From a virus (Duplodnaviria > Caudoviricetes), in IMG/VR virus record IMGVR_UViG_3300032212_000063, positions 1 through 39,177 of that record: a stretch of 39,177 nt of DNA; one strand, given 5' to 3'. Under the pieces are notes generated by a model. That model was not told where the DNA came from, did no database searches, and saw only the letters and a list, made by a program, of their open reading frames with translations. Every line of letters begins with the position of its first letter. Within the stretch, counting starts at the first letter, position 1. Shown here one piece after another: positions 8,080 to 16,169 of this stretch. Position numbers and translations under genes: made by a program.

Positions 8080-8488
8080 TTTAAACCAATGCCAATTTAT
8101 TGGCCGATTAGGAAAAGACCCTGAGACTCGATACCTGCCTGACGGGAAAGCTGTAACGGGCATCGTTATTGCTTGCGGGGAGAAGTGGAAAGACAAGAAC
8201 GGTGAGCAGCAAGAAAATACTGAGTGGGTTAATTGTACCGCGTTTGGTCGATTGGCAGAGATTATTTCAGAATATCTCAATAAAGGATCTCAGGTTTATG
8301 TGTCGGGGAAAATGAAAACCGACAAGTACACCGATAAGAGCGGAGTAGAAAAATACAGCACAAAGGTAATTATCAATCAAATGCAGATGCTAGGAAGCAG
8401 ATCAGATAGCCAGCAACAACCTGCACCACAACCGCCAGCACCACGACAAGGCGCAGGCGATCCATTTGATGATGATATTCCCTTCTGA
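8072..8488 (+). CDS. ssb: single-stranded DNA-binding protein
   Basis: LN....IGRLGKDPE.RY, TEW, YL.KGSQVYV.GK, C-terminal FDDDIPF. Confidence 0.95.
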   Translation: MSDLNQCQFIGRLGKDPETRYLPDGKAVTGIVIACGEKWKDKNGEQQENTEWVNCTAFGRLAEIISEYLNKGSQVYVSGKMKTDKYTDKSGVEKYSTKVIINQMQMLGSRSDSQQQPAPQPPAPRQGAGDPFDDDIPF

Positions 8489-8508
8489 CCGACATAAAGT
8501 TATAAACA

Positions 8509-8700
8509 ATGAGTGAACAATTAAAGCCGTGTCCTTTTTGTGGCGGCGAGGCTGAATTGGTTAGGTGGTTTGAAGAAACCGAGGCTAGGCATATTCAATG
8601 CAAAGAATGTAAATGTATGACAGGTAGCCCGCACTTCATGGCTGAATTTGCTATTAAACAATGGAACACCCGCACAAGCAACGATAAGGAAAAGCAATGA
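8509..8700 (+). CDS. Lar-family restriction alleviation protein
   Basis: LKPCPFCGGEA...C..C...AI..WNTR. Confidence 0.8.
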   Translation: MSEQLKPCPFCGGEAELVRWFEETEARHIQCKECKCMTGSPHFMAEFAIKQWNTRTSNDKEKQ

Positions 8701-8885
8701 GTGTACTTATTAAGGTTGATACAGGGTTCGTCGGAGGGGTTCACGAAGATGATACTGATATGTCTGTGGAAGAATGGAACGCCCTTAGCGAAAAGGAAAG
8801 ACAAGACTATCTAATTGAGACTGTGTGGAATTATATAGGTGTTTATGCGGAGGATGAAGATAATCCTGACGCGGAATTAAAGTAA
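8697..8885 (+). CDS. hypothetical acidic protein
   Basis: 62-aa ORF, ATGA overlap. Confidence 0.65.
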   Translation: MSVLIKVDTGFVGGVHEDDTDMSVEEWNALSEKERQDYLIETVWNYIGVYAEDEDNPDAELK

Positions 8886-8901
8886 CAAATAAAGGTAAGG
8901 G

Positions 8902-9111
8902 ATGATTATGTCTAAATGCTTATTAGATGGATGTGGGAAAGAGGCCAAAAGGAAGTTTTGCTGTACTCGCCATAAGTATAGGTATCACAACCTAAAAAAT
9001 CCGCGTGGCAAGTTTGCTCACTTGAATACTAGAGATATGTCAGATGAAGAATTTTATGATGCGACACTACACCCATTTAGCAGCGAAGCATTAGGGCAAT
9101 GGGACGACTAA
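8902..9111 (+). CDS. small Cys/His-rich protein
   Basis: C...GC......KFCC..H; HPFS.EALGQ. Confidence 0.6.
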   Translation: MIMSKCLLDGCGKEAKRKFCCTRHKYRYHNLKNPRGKFAHLNTRDMSDEEFYDATLHPFSSEALGQWDD

Positions 9112-9133
9112 CCAAATAGCCTGAGAGGAAGAT

Positions 9134-9532
9134 ATGAGAGAGATTAAATTTAGGGCGTGGAGCAAAGAGCATGATTTTATTGGCAAGGTTTATGAAATAG
9201 ATTTTAGGTATGGGCTTGTTAAATTAGAAACTGAGAAAGAAACAACCCATACATTCGGTATTTCAAATGTTGAGTTAATGCAATACACAGGACTCAAGGA
9301 TAAGAGCGGAAAGGAAATCTATGAAGGGGATGTTGTTACGACTATTCACACAGACCATGCACCGCATATCGGAGAGGTTTATTTTCAGCCAACTAGATTG
9401 AATTGGTCTGTAAAACACGGCAGCTTAACCAATCAAGATATGTTTGTTTACAGTCGCCCCGATTGCTCTATTGAAGTAATCGGCAACATATACGAAACCC
9501 CCGAACTACTTAACCCTACAGATAAGGATTAG
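9134..9532 (+). CDS. YopX family protein
   Basis: MREIKFRAW, LMQYTGLKDK.GKEIYEGD, EVIGNIYE.PELL. Confidence 0.9.
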   Translation: MREIKFRAWSKEHDFIGKVYEIDFRYGLVKLETEKETTHTFGISNVELMQYTGLKDKSGKEIYEGDVVTTIHTDHAPHIGEVYFQPTRLNWSVKHGSLTNQDMFVYSRPDCSIEVIGNIYETPELLNPTDKD

Positions 9533-9536
9533 AGAT

Positions 9537-9737
9537 ATGAAGCAATGGCAGGTTGACGCAATTCAAGCGATAGATAAAGCGGTTATCGAGATAAAAAACG
9601 AAATCCTTTGTAGCACAACGAACGCCACTGAGTTTAGAGGGGGAATTTCTGGCGGCATTATAGTTAGAAAAGAAGGCCGCCTACAGGGTAAGCCCTGCTT
9701 GATAACAGACACCCAAAAAGTTTATTCACGTATTTAG
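9537..9737 (+). CDS. hypothetical protein
   Basis: 66-aa ORF flanked by 15-bp direct repeats. Confidence 0.6.
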   Translation: MKQWQVDAIQAIDKAVIEIKNEILCSTTNATEFRGGISGGIIVRKEGRLQGKPCLITDTQKVYSRI

Positions 9738-9765
9738 CAACCCTACAGATAAGTGAGGAAGGATA

Positions 9766-9960
9766 ATGGTTATTGATACAAGATGTTTTACTAATATTGA
9801 TAAATACAGGTTGGAAAATTGGCCTGATAAGATGGCGTGTGCGCCAAGAAAAGGAGACTTTATTGCGGCAGAAAGCGGGGTTAAGTTGATCGTAGTCGAT
9901 ATTACGCATCGAATTAATAAAAAAGGAGAGGCATTGCTAGAAGTTGAACTTACGAGATAA
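9766..9960 (+). CDS. hypothetical protein
   Basis: 64-aa ORF with RBS. Confidence 0.6.
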   Translation: MVIDTRCFTNIDKYRLENWPDKMACAPRKGDFIAAESGVKLIVVDITHRINKKGEALLEVELTR

Positions 9961-9986
9961 CCATATAAAGGTAAGGAGATAAGAGG

Positions 9987-10163
9987 ATGAAAGTCGAAAT
10001 AATAGAAACACCTGACGACAAAGAGTTATATCTTGATAATACTTTTATTGCGTCTTGGAATAAAAAAGTAAGCGATAAGGTTATCTATGAAGCGGCTGTT
10101 ACTGAGGCTTTTGCTATAGGCGAAGCACAAAGAGCTAAAGACATAAGCAGACTACTGAAATAA
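9987..10163 (+). CDS. hypothetical protein, 58 aa (not in ORF track)
   Basis: MKVEIIETPDDKELYLDNTFIASW...; AAGGAG/GAGG RBS; fills the gap between genes. Confidence 0.6.
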   Translation: MKVEIIETPDDKELYLDNTFIASWNKKVSDKVIYEAAVTEAFAIGEAQRAKDISRLLK

Positions 10164-10191
10164 GTAACCATCGAATATAGGAGATAGGCGG

Positions 10192-10497
10192 GTGGAAGAT
10201 ACCAAACCAAGATGCACGAAATGTAAGTTTTTATTAGCTAGTGATTCTGGCTACTCAAACTATACAGTTGAAGAAACGGACTTAGATTGTCTAAAAGGTT
10301 TTAATAAAGACCTTCCTGCTGCCGAAAGTTATAGGTTTGAAACCGAGCAATCGGGCGTAAACACTATTGCTGAAAATTGCCCACACTACACAGAAGGCGA
10401 AGGAACGCATATTGATGTAGACAGAGAAGATGGCAACGAAGTTAATTATAACGATGATCCCGAAGTAAAAGAATTACTAAGGCTGTATTTTAATTAA
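10192..10497 (+). CDS. hypothetical Cys-containing protein
   Basis: CTKCKF...D.GYSNYTVE....CL. Confidence 0.65.
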   Translation: MEDTKPRCTKCKFLLASDSGYSNYTVEETDLDCLKGFNKDLPAAESYRFETEQSGVNTIAENCPHYTEGEGTHIDVDREDGNEVNYNDDPEVKELLRLYFN

Positions 10498-10529
10498 CTA
10501 CAAATGCTAATAAACCATAGGTATTAGAT

Positions 10530-10832
10530 ATGACTAACACAATAGACTTTTCAGAAGATGTAGAAATATTTAGATTCAGTGGGTGTCTTTATGTATTGCA
10601 TGACGATTATAAAAACCTACTAACTGAGCTTAAAGAAACGCAAAGTAAGCTAAAACGGGCTGAGAAATGCATCGAAGATTACGATAATTGCATAGAATGG
10701 GCGTTAGGATATGACTGCATATTAGAACCTACTTTTGACCCACCAGCAGATAACAGGCCGCGTTATTGGTGGAGAAAAGACTTGGCTGCTTTCAGAGAAA
10801 AAGCCATTGCAGCCCATAAAGAGGATAAGTAG
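10530..10832 (+). CDS. accessory coiled-coil protein
   Basis: ELKETQSKLKRAE coil; RYWWRKDL. Confidence 0.65.
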   Translation: MTNTIDFSEDVEIFRFSGCLYVLHDDYKNLLTELKETQSKLKRAEKCIEDYDNCIEWALGYDCILEPTFDPPADNRPRYWWRKDLAAFREKAIAAHKEDK

Positions 10833-11069
10833 ATGAGTGACGGACAAGCAGATTGGGCAGATTCAATGGATGTTGTTATGTTGCAGGAAAAAATTAAAAC
10901 TCTACGTAAGAAACTAGCAGAAAAAGACAAAGAGCTTAAAGAAACGCAAAGTAAGCTAGAACGGGCTGAGGAAAGAGATAAGACCTTTAGGGTAATGCTT
11001 AAACCGCATTATTCAGACTGGCGCATTAATGAAGAACTGGAGACTATAAAGAGGATAGGTAATGAGTAA
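10833..11069 (+). CDS. accessory coiled-coil protein (mosaic of neighbours)
   Basis: Shares a 39-bp segment with upstream gene and a 17-bp segment with downstream gene. Confidence 0.65.
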   Translation: MSDGQADWADSMDVVMLQEKIKTLRKKLAEKDKELKETQSKLERAEERDKTFRVMLKPHYSDWRINEELETIKRIGNE

Positions 11070-11301
11070 AATAGATTTAAACTACCTGACCATCCCAGAT
11101 TGCCTGCGAAATAAAGATAATTTAATTTGTGAGTTAAGAGAGCAACTAGCAGAAAAAGACGCAGAGATTGAACGGTTGCGTGGTGCAGGACTAGACTTAA
11201 TTCAAAAGGTCAACTTTATGGGATTAAGTGTCACACTCGATGATGATGTTATTGACGCCATTGAAGATTTTGAGCAGGCACTACAAGGTAAATCGGAATA
11301 A
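11062..11301 (+). CDS. accessory coiled-coil protein
   Basis: LREQLAEKDAEIERLR. Confidence 0.65.
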   Translation: MSKIDLNYLTIPDCLRNKDNLICELREQLAEKDAEIERLRGAGLDLIQKVNFMGLSVTLDDDVIDAIEDFEQALQGKSE

Positions 11302-11501
11302 TGATTGATCACGTTACCATTGGAAAGTTTAGCGAGATCTCAGGCTTTAGTGAGGGCGCTATACGCACTAAGATGGATAAAGGTGTATGGTTAGAAGGTA
11401 TGGTATGGGAGTATGCAGGCGACACCCGTACAAGACTAATATCAATAGAGGGATATGAATCATGGGTAACGGAGTCAGGAAAGCATCACAGACGAGCATA
11501 G
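11301..11501 (+). CDS. xis: excisionase
   Basis: VTI.KFSE.SG.SE.AIRTK..KGVW.EG.VW......R.LIS.EGYE.WV; overlaps int start. Confidence 0.85.
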   Translation: MIDHVTIGKFSEISGFSEGAIRTKMDKGVWLEGMVWEYAGDTRTRLISIEGYESWVTESGKHHRRA

Positions 11502-12643
11502 AGATACGCTTTTCTTATAAGGGCGTAATGTGTCAGGAACGCATTAAGATTAAACCTGACAAGAAAGGGATTAAGTTTGCTGAGAATAAGAAGGCAACTA
11601 TTGATTACGAGATAGGGCTAGGTACTTTCTCGTATAAAGACCATTTTCCTAACTCAAAGAAGGCATTAACCTTTTCTACGTTAAAGGGTGATGTTATTAC
11701 AGTTGGCGAGTACCTAGAGTCTTGGCTTGAGGATTCAAAGGAATACCTAAAATCATCCACTTATGAAAGTTATGAGGGAATTATTAATTTTCACCTATCC
11801 CCTACCTTCGGTAATTTGGCATTAACCGAGTTATCTAGGAAGCATGTTAAGGATTGGATTCGTACTCATTCAGATCTCTCAAGCAAGAGAATAAGCAATG
11901 TTATCTCCCCTCTTAGGATTATGCTGGATGAAGCGTTAGACGAGGACTTAATAGAGCATAACGTATTGGCTGGCTGGAAGATCAAGCGTAAGCGTACCAA
12001 GGGCGTTAGGAAAGACCCCATTGACCCATTCTCTTATGACGAGACAAATCAGATACTAGCCGCCTTTACAGGCTCTAACCTGAATGTGATTGAGTTCTGG
12101 TTTAATACAGGACTAAGACCATCTGAATTGGTAGCGTTAGATTGGGGTGATATTGATTGGGTAAACAGGACGGTAAGGATTGATAAAGCCCTAACTGCTG
12201 CTGCTGATAAGTCTAAGGAGGATATTAAGATTGAGATACCTAAGACTGAGGCGGGTAATCGTGATGTTAAGTTAAACGACAGGGCTTTAGAGGCTTTAGA
12301 GCGACAAAAGCAATATTCACATTTTAAGAATGAAGAAATCTTTACCAATAGCAAAGGTGAGAGGTGGGCTGGTGGATTCCCTATCAGAGACACTATATGG
12401 AAGAACGCGCTAAGGAAGGCTAAGGTTCGGTATCGCTACCCTTATCAAGTTAGACATACTCGCATATCTACCCTGTTAATGGCTGGTGAGAACCCTATGT
12501 GGGTGTCTACTCAGGCGGGTCATAGGTCATGGACATTTACTGCTACGACCTATTCAAGATTCATACCGAATAATGCTAACGACTCAGGCAGTCTGGAGCA
12601 AGCTGAGTACGAAAAAAGTACCCGCAAATGTACCCAAAACTAG
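11462..12643 (+). CDS. int: tyrosine integrase with N-terminal arm-binding domain
   Basis: SIEI.F.YKG..C.E arm domain; TGLRPSEL.AL.W.DID, PKT, YQVRHT, AGENP.WVS.Q.GH, catalytic Y in TTYSRFI. Confidence 0.95.
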   Translation: MGNGVRKASQTSIEIRFSYKGVMCQERIKIKPDKKGIKFAENKKATIDYEIGLGTFSYKDHFPNSKKALTFSTLKGDVITVGEYLESWLEDSKEYLKSSTYESYEGIINFHLSPTFGNLALTELSRKHVKDWIRTHSDLSSKRISNVISPLRIMLDEALDEDLIEHNVLAGWKIKRKRTKGVRKDPIDPFSYDETNQILAAFTGSNLNVIEFWFNTGLRPSELVALDWGDIDWVNRTVRIDKALTAAADKSKEDIKIEIPKTEAGNRDVKLNDRALEALERQKQYSHFKNEEIFTNSKGERWAGGFPIRDTIWKNALRKAKVRYRYPYQVRHTRISTLLMAGENPMWVSTQAGHRSWTFTATTYSRFIPNNANDSGSLEQAEYEKSTRKCTQN

Positions 12644-12799
12644 CCGTTATGAGCCGTTTATACCCGTATTTAGCGGGTATGTAAAAAGATAACCTATTGA
12701 TTACCTTCATAAATTTGGCGTCCCGTAGGGGAGTCGAACCCCGATGAAGGGCTTTATTTATAGGGGGAGAGTGAAAATGTACCCGAAATGTACCGGAAA
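12618..12799. promoter_or_regulatory. attP: tRNA-Glu 3'-end core, arm-type repeats, IHF site
   Basis: Reverse complement of 12716-12743 is CGGGGTTCGACTCCCCTACGGGACGCCA (T-arm, acceptor strand, CCA); paired GTACC(C/G) repeats at 12618/12630 and 12779/12790; IHF consensus AATCAATAGGTTA at 12690-12702 (minus). Confidence 0.85.
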
Positions 12800-12808
12800 G
12801 GAGAATGT

Positions 12809-13048
12809 ATGGGTGATATAAAGAAAGTGTTTTGCGAAGGCGTTGGCGATAATGATGGGTTCTTTGAGATTGAAGTAGAGAGTGACCAAGAGACACTTAA
12901 TGATATGGGCGCTATTGCTGGGATGGTGAAACATGCCACCGAGGAAGGTTTGTTAATAGAGGTTATATGGTCATTTGGACAAGCTCAGAGGGCTAATCAA
13001 CCAATCCCTGAGTCTGCTTCTTATGCTTTGAGTGAGTGGGATATTTAA
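12809..13048 (+). CDS. hypothetical protein next to attP
   Basis: ATG after AAGGAG RBS; convergent with late operon end. Confidence 0.6.
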   Translation: MGDIKKVFCEGVGDNDGFFEIEVESDQETLNDMGAIAGMVKHATEEGLLIEVIWSFGQAQRANQPIPESASYALSEWDI

Positions 13049-13848
13049 GCAAATAACTTAGGCTTATACTTCTTTAGGGGTACGCCTTCATATCTGCGAC
13101 ACAAATAGTCTAAGCTAATTTCCATTAGATTATAGTCACCACCTTTGACTTCATGCTTGAATATGATGCCTCTCCAGTGGTTGTTCCCCTGATAACCCTT
13201 ATAGCCTTCGTCATGTAGGTAACACGCCCCTGCGACTAATGCCCTGCGAGTATCGCCGTTACCAAGATCAATTTGAGCAATATCCTTAGTTTGCTGATGC
13301 CCCATAGTGAAGGAAAAGCCAATATTCTTTAATCGAGTATGTGCTTGACCACCGTAGGGCTTGCCTGTCATTGGGTTGTAGAAGTAGTGAGCGTAATGAA
13401 CCCCATCTATGCAGACGGGTTTAAGGAAGTCGTGAACCTCCCATTTGTCTTTCTTTAGCTCAAAGTCATTATAGGAGAGCTTGCCTGCTAACTCTGGAGA
13501 GGCGTTTACATGGCGCATGATTCGTTCTTCATGGTTTCCAATAAGGAATACTTTTCTGGGCTTGTATTTCTTCTTTCTTTTAATCGGGGCTAATAATATC
13601 CCCATAGCTCTAATACCAGCGTCTATATCATCCTGATACCTTGCGCCTTCTGCTTTGAGTGTTTTCTTGTCGTAATGGGACAAAGAGTGCATATCCCACC
13701 AATCACCCGCATTAATAATAACGTCAGGTTGTTTCTCTGCTATGTATCTACCGATCCACTTTAAGTGGTCAATGGGGCAATCTGGTTTAACTTGAGTATC
13801 AGGAATAAAACAGTGGGTAGTCATGTAGTTTTCCAGTAGCGGTGTCAA
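13045..13848 (-). CDS. calcineurin-like metallophosphoesterase
   Basis: IPDTQ, GDWWD, IGNHE, HYAHY, MGHQQ. Confidence 0.9.
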   Translation of the reverse strand: MTPLLENYMTTHCFIPDTQVKPDCPIDHLKWIGRYIAEKQPDVIINAGDWWDMHSLSHYDKKTLKAEGARYQDDIDAGIRAMGILLAPIKRKKKYKPRKVFLIGNHEERIMRHVNASPELAGKLSYNDFELKKDKWEVHDFLKPVCIDGVHYAHYFYNPMTGKPYGGQAHTRLKNIGFSFTMGHQQTKDIAQIDLGNGDTRRALVAGACYLHDEGYKGYQGNNHWRGIIFKHEVKGGDYNLMEISLDYLCRRYEGVPLKKYKPKLFA

Positions 13849-14099
13849 TTACACCGAGGTCTTAACTTGTAGAACAAGATAATGAGGGTGAAACAAATAT
13901 TAAGAACGTAATCAACGATAAGAGGTAAGCTGCCAGTTGGTATGACGTATATCAACATCAAGATACAGCCTAGTGACCATGTGAGCACGAAAGACAAACT
14001 AATACCTTCTGAGTGACCACATATATATGACTTGTATGCTTGAGGTAAGCCACATATAGATAGCAGAAACGCCGCGCTCCACCCTACTATTTCAAGCAT
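13845..14099 (-). CDS. PQ-loop / SemiSWEET-like three-TM protein
   Basis: IVGW....LLSICGLPQAYKSY..GHSEGIS; three hydrophobic segments. Confidence 0.8.
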   Translation of the reverse strand: MLEIVGWSAAFLLSICGLPQAYKSYICGHSEGISLSFVLTWSLGCILMLIYVIPTGSLPLIVDYVLNICFTLIILFYKLRPRCN

Positions 14100-14500
14100 A
14101 GAGTCTTAACTGGCATACCTGTATTTATGTCTATCTTACAGGCTATCTTTACTGCTTCTGTTGGCGTCTTGCCTGAGTGCATAGCCCCTAATGCTGCGTC
14201 TGCACCTGAACCGATTGCGTAGAATTTATTGGTGAATTTCATTGGAAACTCTGCTTCATCCCATAATTCGATAGTTCCATTCTTTTTCAAGATTAAAATA
14301 GAAGTATCTGCAAGGTTTGGGGGTGAGTCAGAACGATGTTTGTACCACTCGATGAAAGCGAGTCCTGCGCCTAATCCACCAGCAACACCTATAATGTCGC
14401 CTTTAACCTTGTATATCTTTTTGCACTCACCTGCCGTACCACCATCATCAACAAGTGAATCGCCTGCCATCATCTTAGAATCACAGGCAATCGTTGTCAT
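14087..14500 (-). CDS. Ntn-hydrolase (HslV/proteasome beta-like) protein
   Basis: Probable start MTTIA (N-terminal Thr nucleophile), AGDS, K, GVAG, AIGSGADAALGAM, EAV.IA..ID.NTG. Confidence 0.8.
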   Translation of the reverse strand: MTTIACDSKMMAGDSLVDDGGTAGECKKIYKVKGDIIGVAGGLGAGLAFIEWYKHRSDSPPNLADTSILILKKNGTIELWDEAEFPMKFTNKFYAIGSGADAALGAMHSGKTPTEAVKIACKIDINTGMPVKTLCLK

Positions 14501-14628
14501 AAAACCATCCAAACACAGAATGAGATCAAGCAAATCCAACCCAATAAGATTAAGCGGATAGGCTTAGAGTCTCTTTCAATTAACTCGTTAAACTCTTTCT
14601 CTAGTATCTTGTCGGCTTGTTTATGCAC
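14497..14628 (-). CDS. 43-aa protein with C-terminal TM (not in ORF track)
   Basis: MHKQADKILEKEFNELIERDSKPIRLILLGWICLISFCVWMVL; overlaps both neighbours. Confidence 0.45.
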   Translation of the reverse strand: MHKQADKILEKEFNELIERDSKPIRLILLGWICLISFCVWMVL

Positions 14629-14863
14629 AACGAAGATTCACTAGGTCGTTAAGGTTTATGTTGTAGCCTTTGCTTTCACCTTCTTTTATCGCCTCTACTT
14701 CTGTATAAACAACATAGGCTTCTTCATCTGTCATGTTGTTTACGTCTATCAGGTGTTCACGTATCTGAACAACACCCGTAAACTGGTCACATGCAAAGAA
14801 TTTCTGCATATCAGCACATACCATGCTTGGCATGAATAACAATAAAGCTAAAATGTATTTCAT
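14621..14863 (-). CDS. exported protein with signal peptide
   Basis: MKYILALLLFMPSMVCA; further Cys residues in mature part. Confidence 0.65.
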   Translation of the reverse strand: MKYILALLLFMPSMVCADMQKFFACDQFTGVVQIREHLIDVNNMTDEEAYVVYTEVEAIKEGESKGYNINLNDLVNLRCA

Positions 14864-14864
14864 C

Positions 14865-15443
14865 TTAAATCTCCGTCAAATAACCAATCATGCCGTGATC
14901 GTCAAATACACCATCTGCACCCTTTAAAGGTGTTTCATTGCGATCATGTTCATAGGGGAAAAGGAAAGGGATATAAACGGGAACTTCTGTTACCGAATCA
15001 CCATCACGTGCGTATCTCTGGCCTTCGCATTGTGAGGACAATTTACATAATCCAGCCATACCCGCTCTAGGTGCACCAAAGGTCGTTAATTCGGGCAGGA
15101 AGCCTCTTTTAACAAGGTAAGCAGCGTATATCTGTGCCATTGCACCGCCGAGGGAATGACCCGTTAAAACGACTCTCTTGCCATGCTTTATATGACCTTT
15201 AAGGGGTCTAGTGAGGTGTCTGAGAGACTTTAAGAATCCGGCGTGACACCAAACGCCTATTTCTCTTGAGTACCAAGGCGTAGCTCTTAGATCGGTAATT
15301 ACATCGTCTGCGTCCTCTGTACCTCTGAACGCAATTACCACGTAATCATCATCTTCTACAACTAATACTTGAGCGCCTTTAATGTCATAGGTCTTTTCTG
15401 AATAAGCCCTTAAAGCGTACTCAGCTATCTGTTGAGGGTTCAT
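14865..15443 (-). CDS. class 3 lipase (alpha/beta hydrolase)
   Basis: IAFRGTE...D.ITDL, HAGF, LTGHSLGGAMA, TFGAPR.G, D.V.EVP, DH. Confidence 0.9.
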   Translation of the reverse strand: MNPQQIAEYALRAYSEKTYDIKGAQVLVVEDDDYVVIAFRGTEDADDVITDLRATPWYSREIGVWCHAGFLKSLRHLTRPLKGHIKHGKRVVLTGHSLGGAMAQIYAAYLVKRGFLPELTTFGAPRAGMAGLCKLSSQCEGQRYARDGDSVTEVPVYIPFLFPYEHDRNETPLKGADGVFDDHGMIGYLTEI

Positions 15444-15529
15444 TTATAGCAAACAGCGCAGCCAGATAATAAGAAGAAAACCACTATAGAGATCATAACC
15501 ACTGCTGTTATCCGATCTAATGTTTTCAT
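15440..15529 (-). CDS. 29-aa lipoprotein-signal micropeptide (not in ORF track)
   Basis: MKTLDRITAVVMISIVVFFLLSGCAVCYK with lipobox LSGC; overlaps endolysin stop and lipase start. Confidence 0.55.
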   Translation of the reverse strand: MKTLDRITAVVMISIVVFFLLSGCAVCYK

Positions 15530-15903
15530 TAGTAACCCCATAATCTAGGTGAGTAGTCGTCTAGGTGAACAAAGGTCTTAGCAACGCCTTGACCATAGAG
15601 GCCGCGATAATAAGCAGAGGCTAATAGTTTAGGTTGGTCTTTTTCAGGCATCGTTAGGGCAATGTCTACTGCTCTGCCTAGAACGTGTTTAGATGCTGCT
15701 GCACCACCTATCTTTTTGTTATGGGATGCACAGCGATAACCTGATGTGATGTGAAGGGGAAAGTTTAGCTCTCTGCGTAGCTTGACCAACTTAGACATAA
15801 ATTGATCGTTCATAGGGGCTTTTTTACAGCATGGACATTGAAGCTCTAGTTCTGTGAAGTAATCCCATTGTTTATTCAAAACATTGAAACCATTGTGTGC
15901 CAT
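15529..15903 (-). CDS. endolysin, peptidase M15A (D-Ala-D-Ala carboxypeptidase family)
   Basis: F...EL.CPCC, ITSGYRC..HN..IGGA..SKH..G.AVDI, FVHLD. Confidence 0.9.
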   Translation of the reverse strand: MAHNGFNVLNKQWDYFTELELQCPCCKKAPMNDQFMSKLVKLRRELNFPLHITSGYRCASHNKKIGGAAASKHVLGRAVDIALTMPEKDQPKLLASAYYRGLYGQGVAKTFVHLDDYSPRLWGY

Positions 15904-16103
15904 AAGCTTGTTACGGCATCCATATCGCCCGTTGCTAACGCGCCAAGTATCGCTCCAAGTATGTAGAAGAAACGCATGAACTTTGATTTGATTTGAACAT
16001 CGCTTTTAATTGAGTCTAGCTTTGCGTCAATGCTATCCATACGATCATCTATGGCTTGTTGCTTACCCTTTAGCTCGCCAATCTTTTGATATACTTCTTT
16101 CAT
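15876..16103 (-). CDS. putative holin (coiled coil plus C-terminal TM)
   Basis: Directly upstream of endolysin; FFYILGAILGALA. Confidence 0.55.
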   Translation of the reverse strand: MKEVYQKIGELKGKQQAIDDRMDSIDAKLDSIKSDVQIKSKFMRFFYILGAILGALATGDMDAVTSLWHTMVSMF

Positions 16104-16169
16104 ATTATTTCCAAAAAACTGTTGGGATAGTTACTGCGTCTATGGCATGTTTGGCTTGGTCTGGGAGGC

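Noticed and set aside
8883-10530. Integron cassette array (TAAC at stop codons resembles the attC inverse core)
   Set aside because: Spacers are too short and lack attC palindromes; the integrase is an arm-binding phage type
10626-10970. DGR template/variable repeat pair or CRISPR repeat
   Set aside because: Only 39 bp with one mismatch, in-frame coil coding, no reverse transcriptase or cas genes, no regular array
12716-12743. tRNA gene
   Set aside because: Only the T-arm and acceptor 3' strand are present; it is the attP core
14501-14539. N-terminal extension of the Ntn-hydrolase given in the ORF track
   Set aside because: MTT at 14500 provides the N-terminal Thr and overlaps the upstream stop codon
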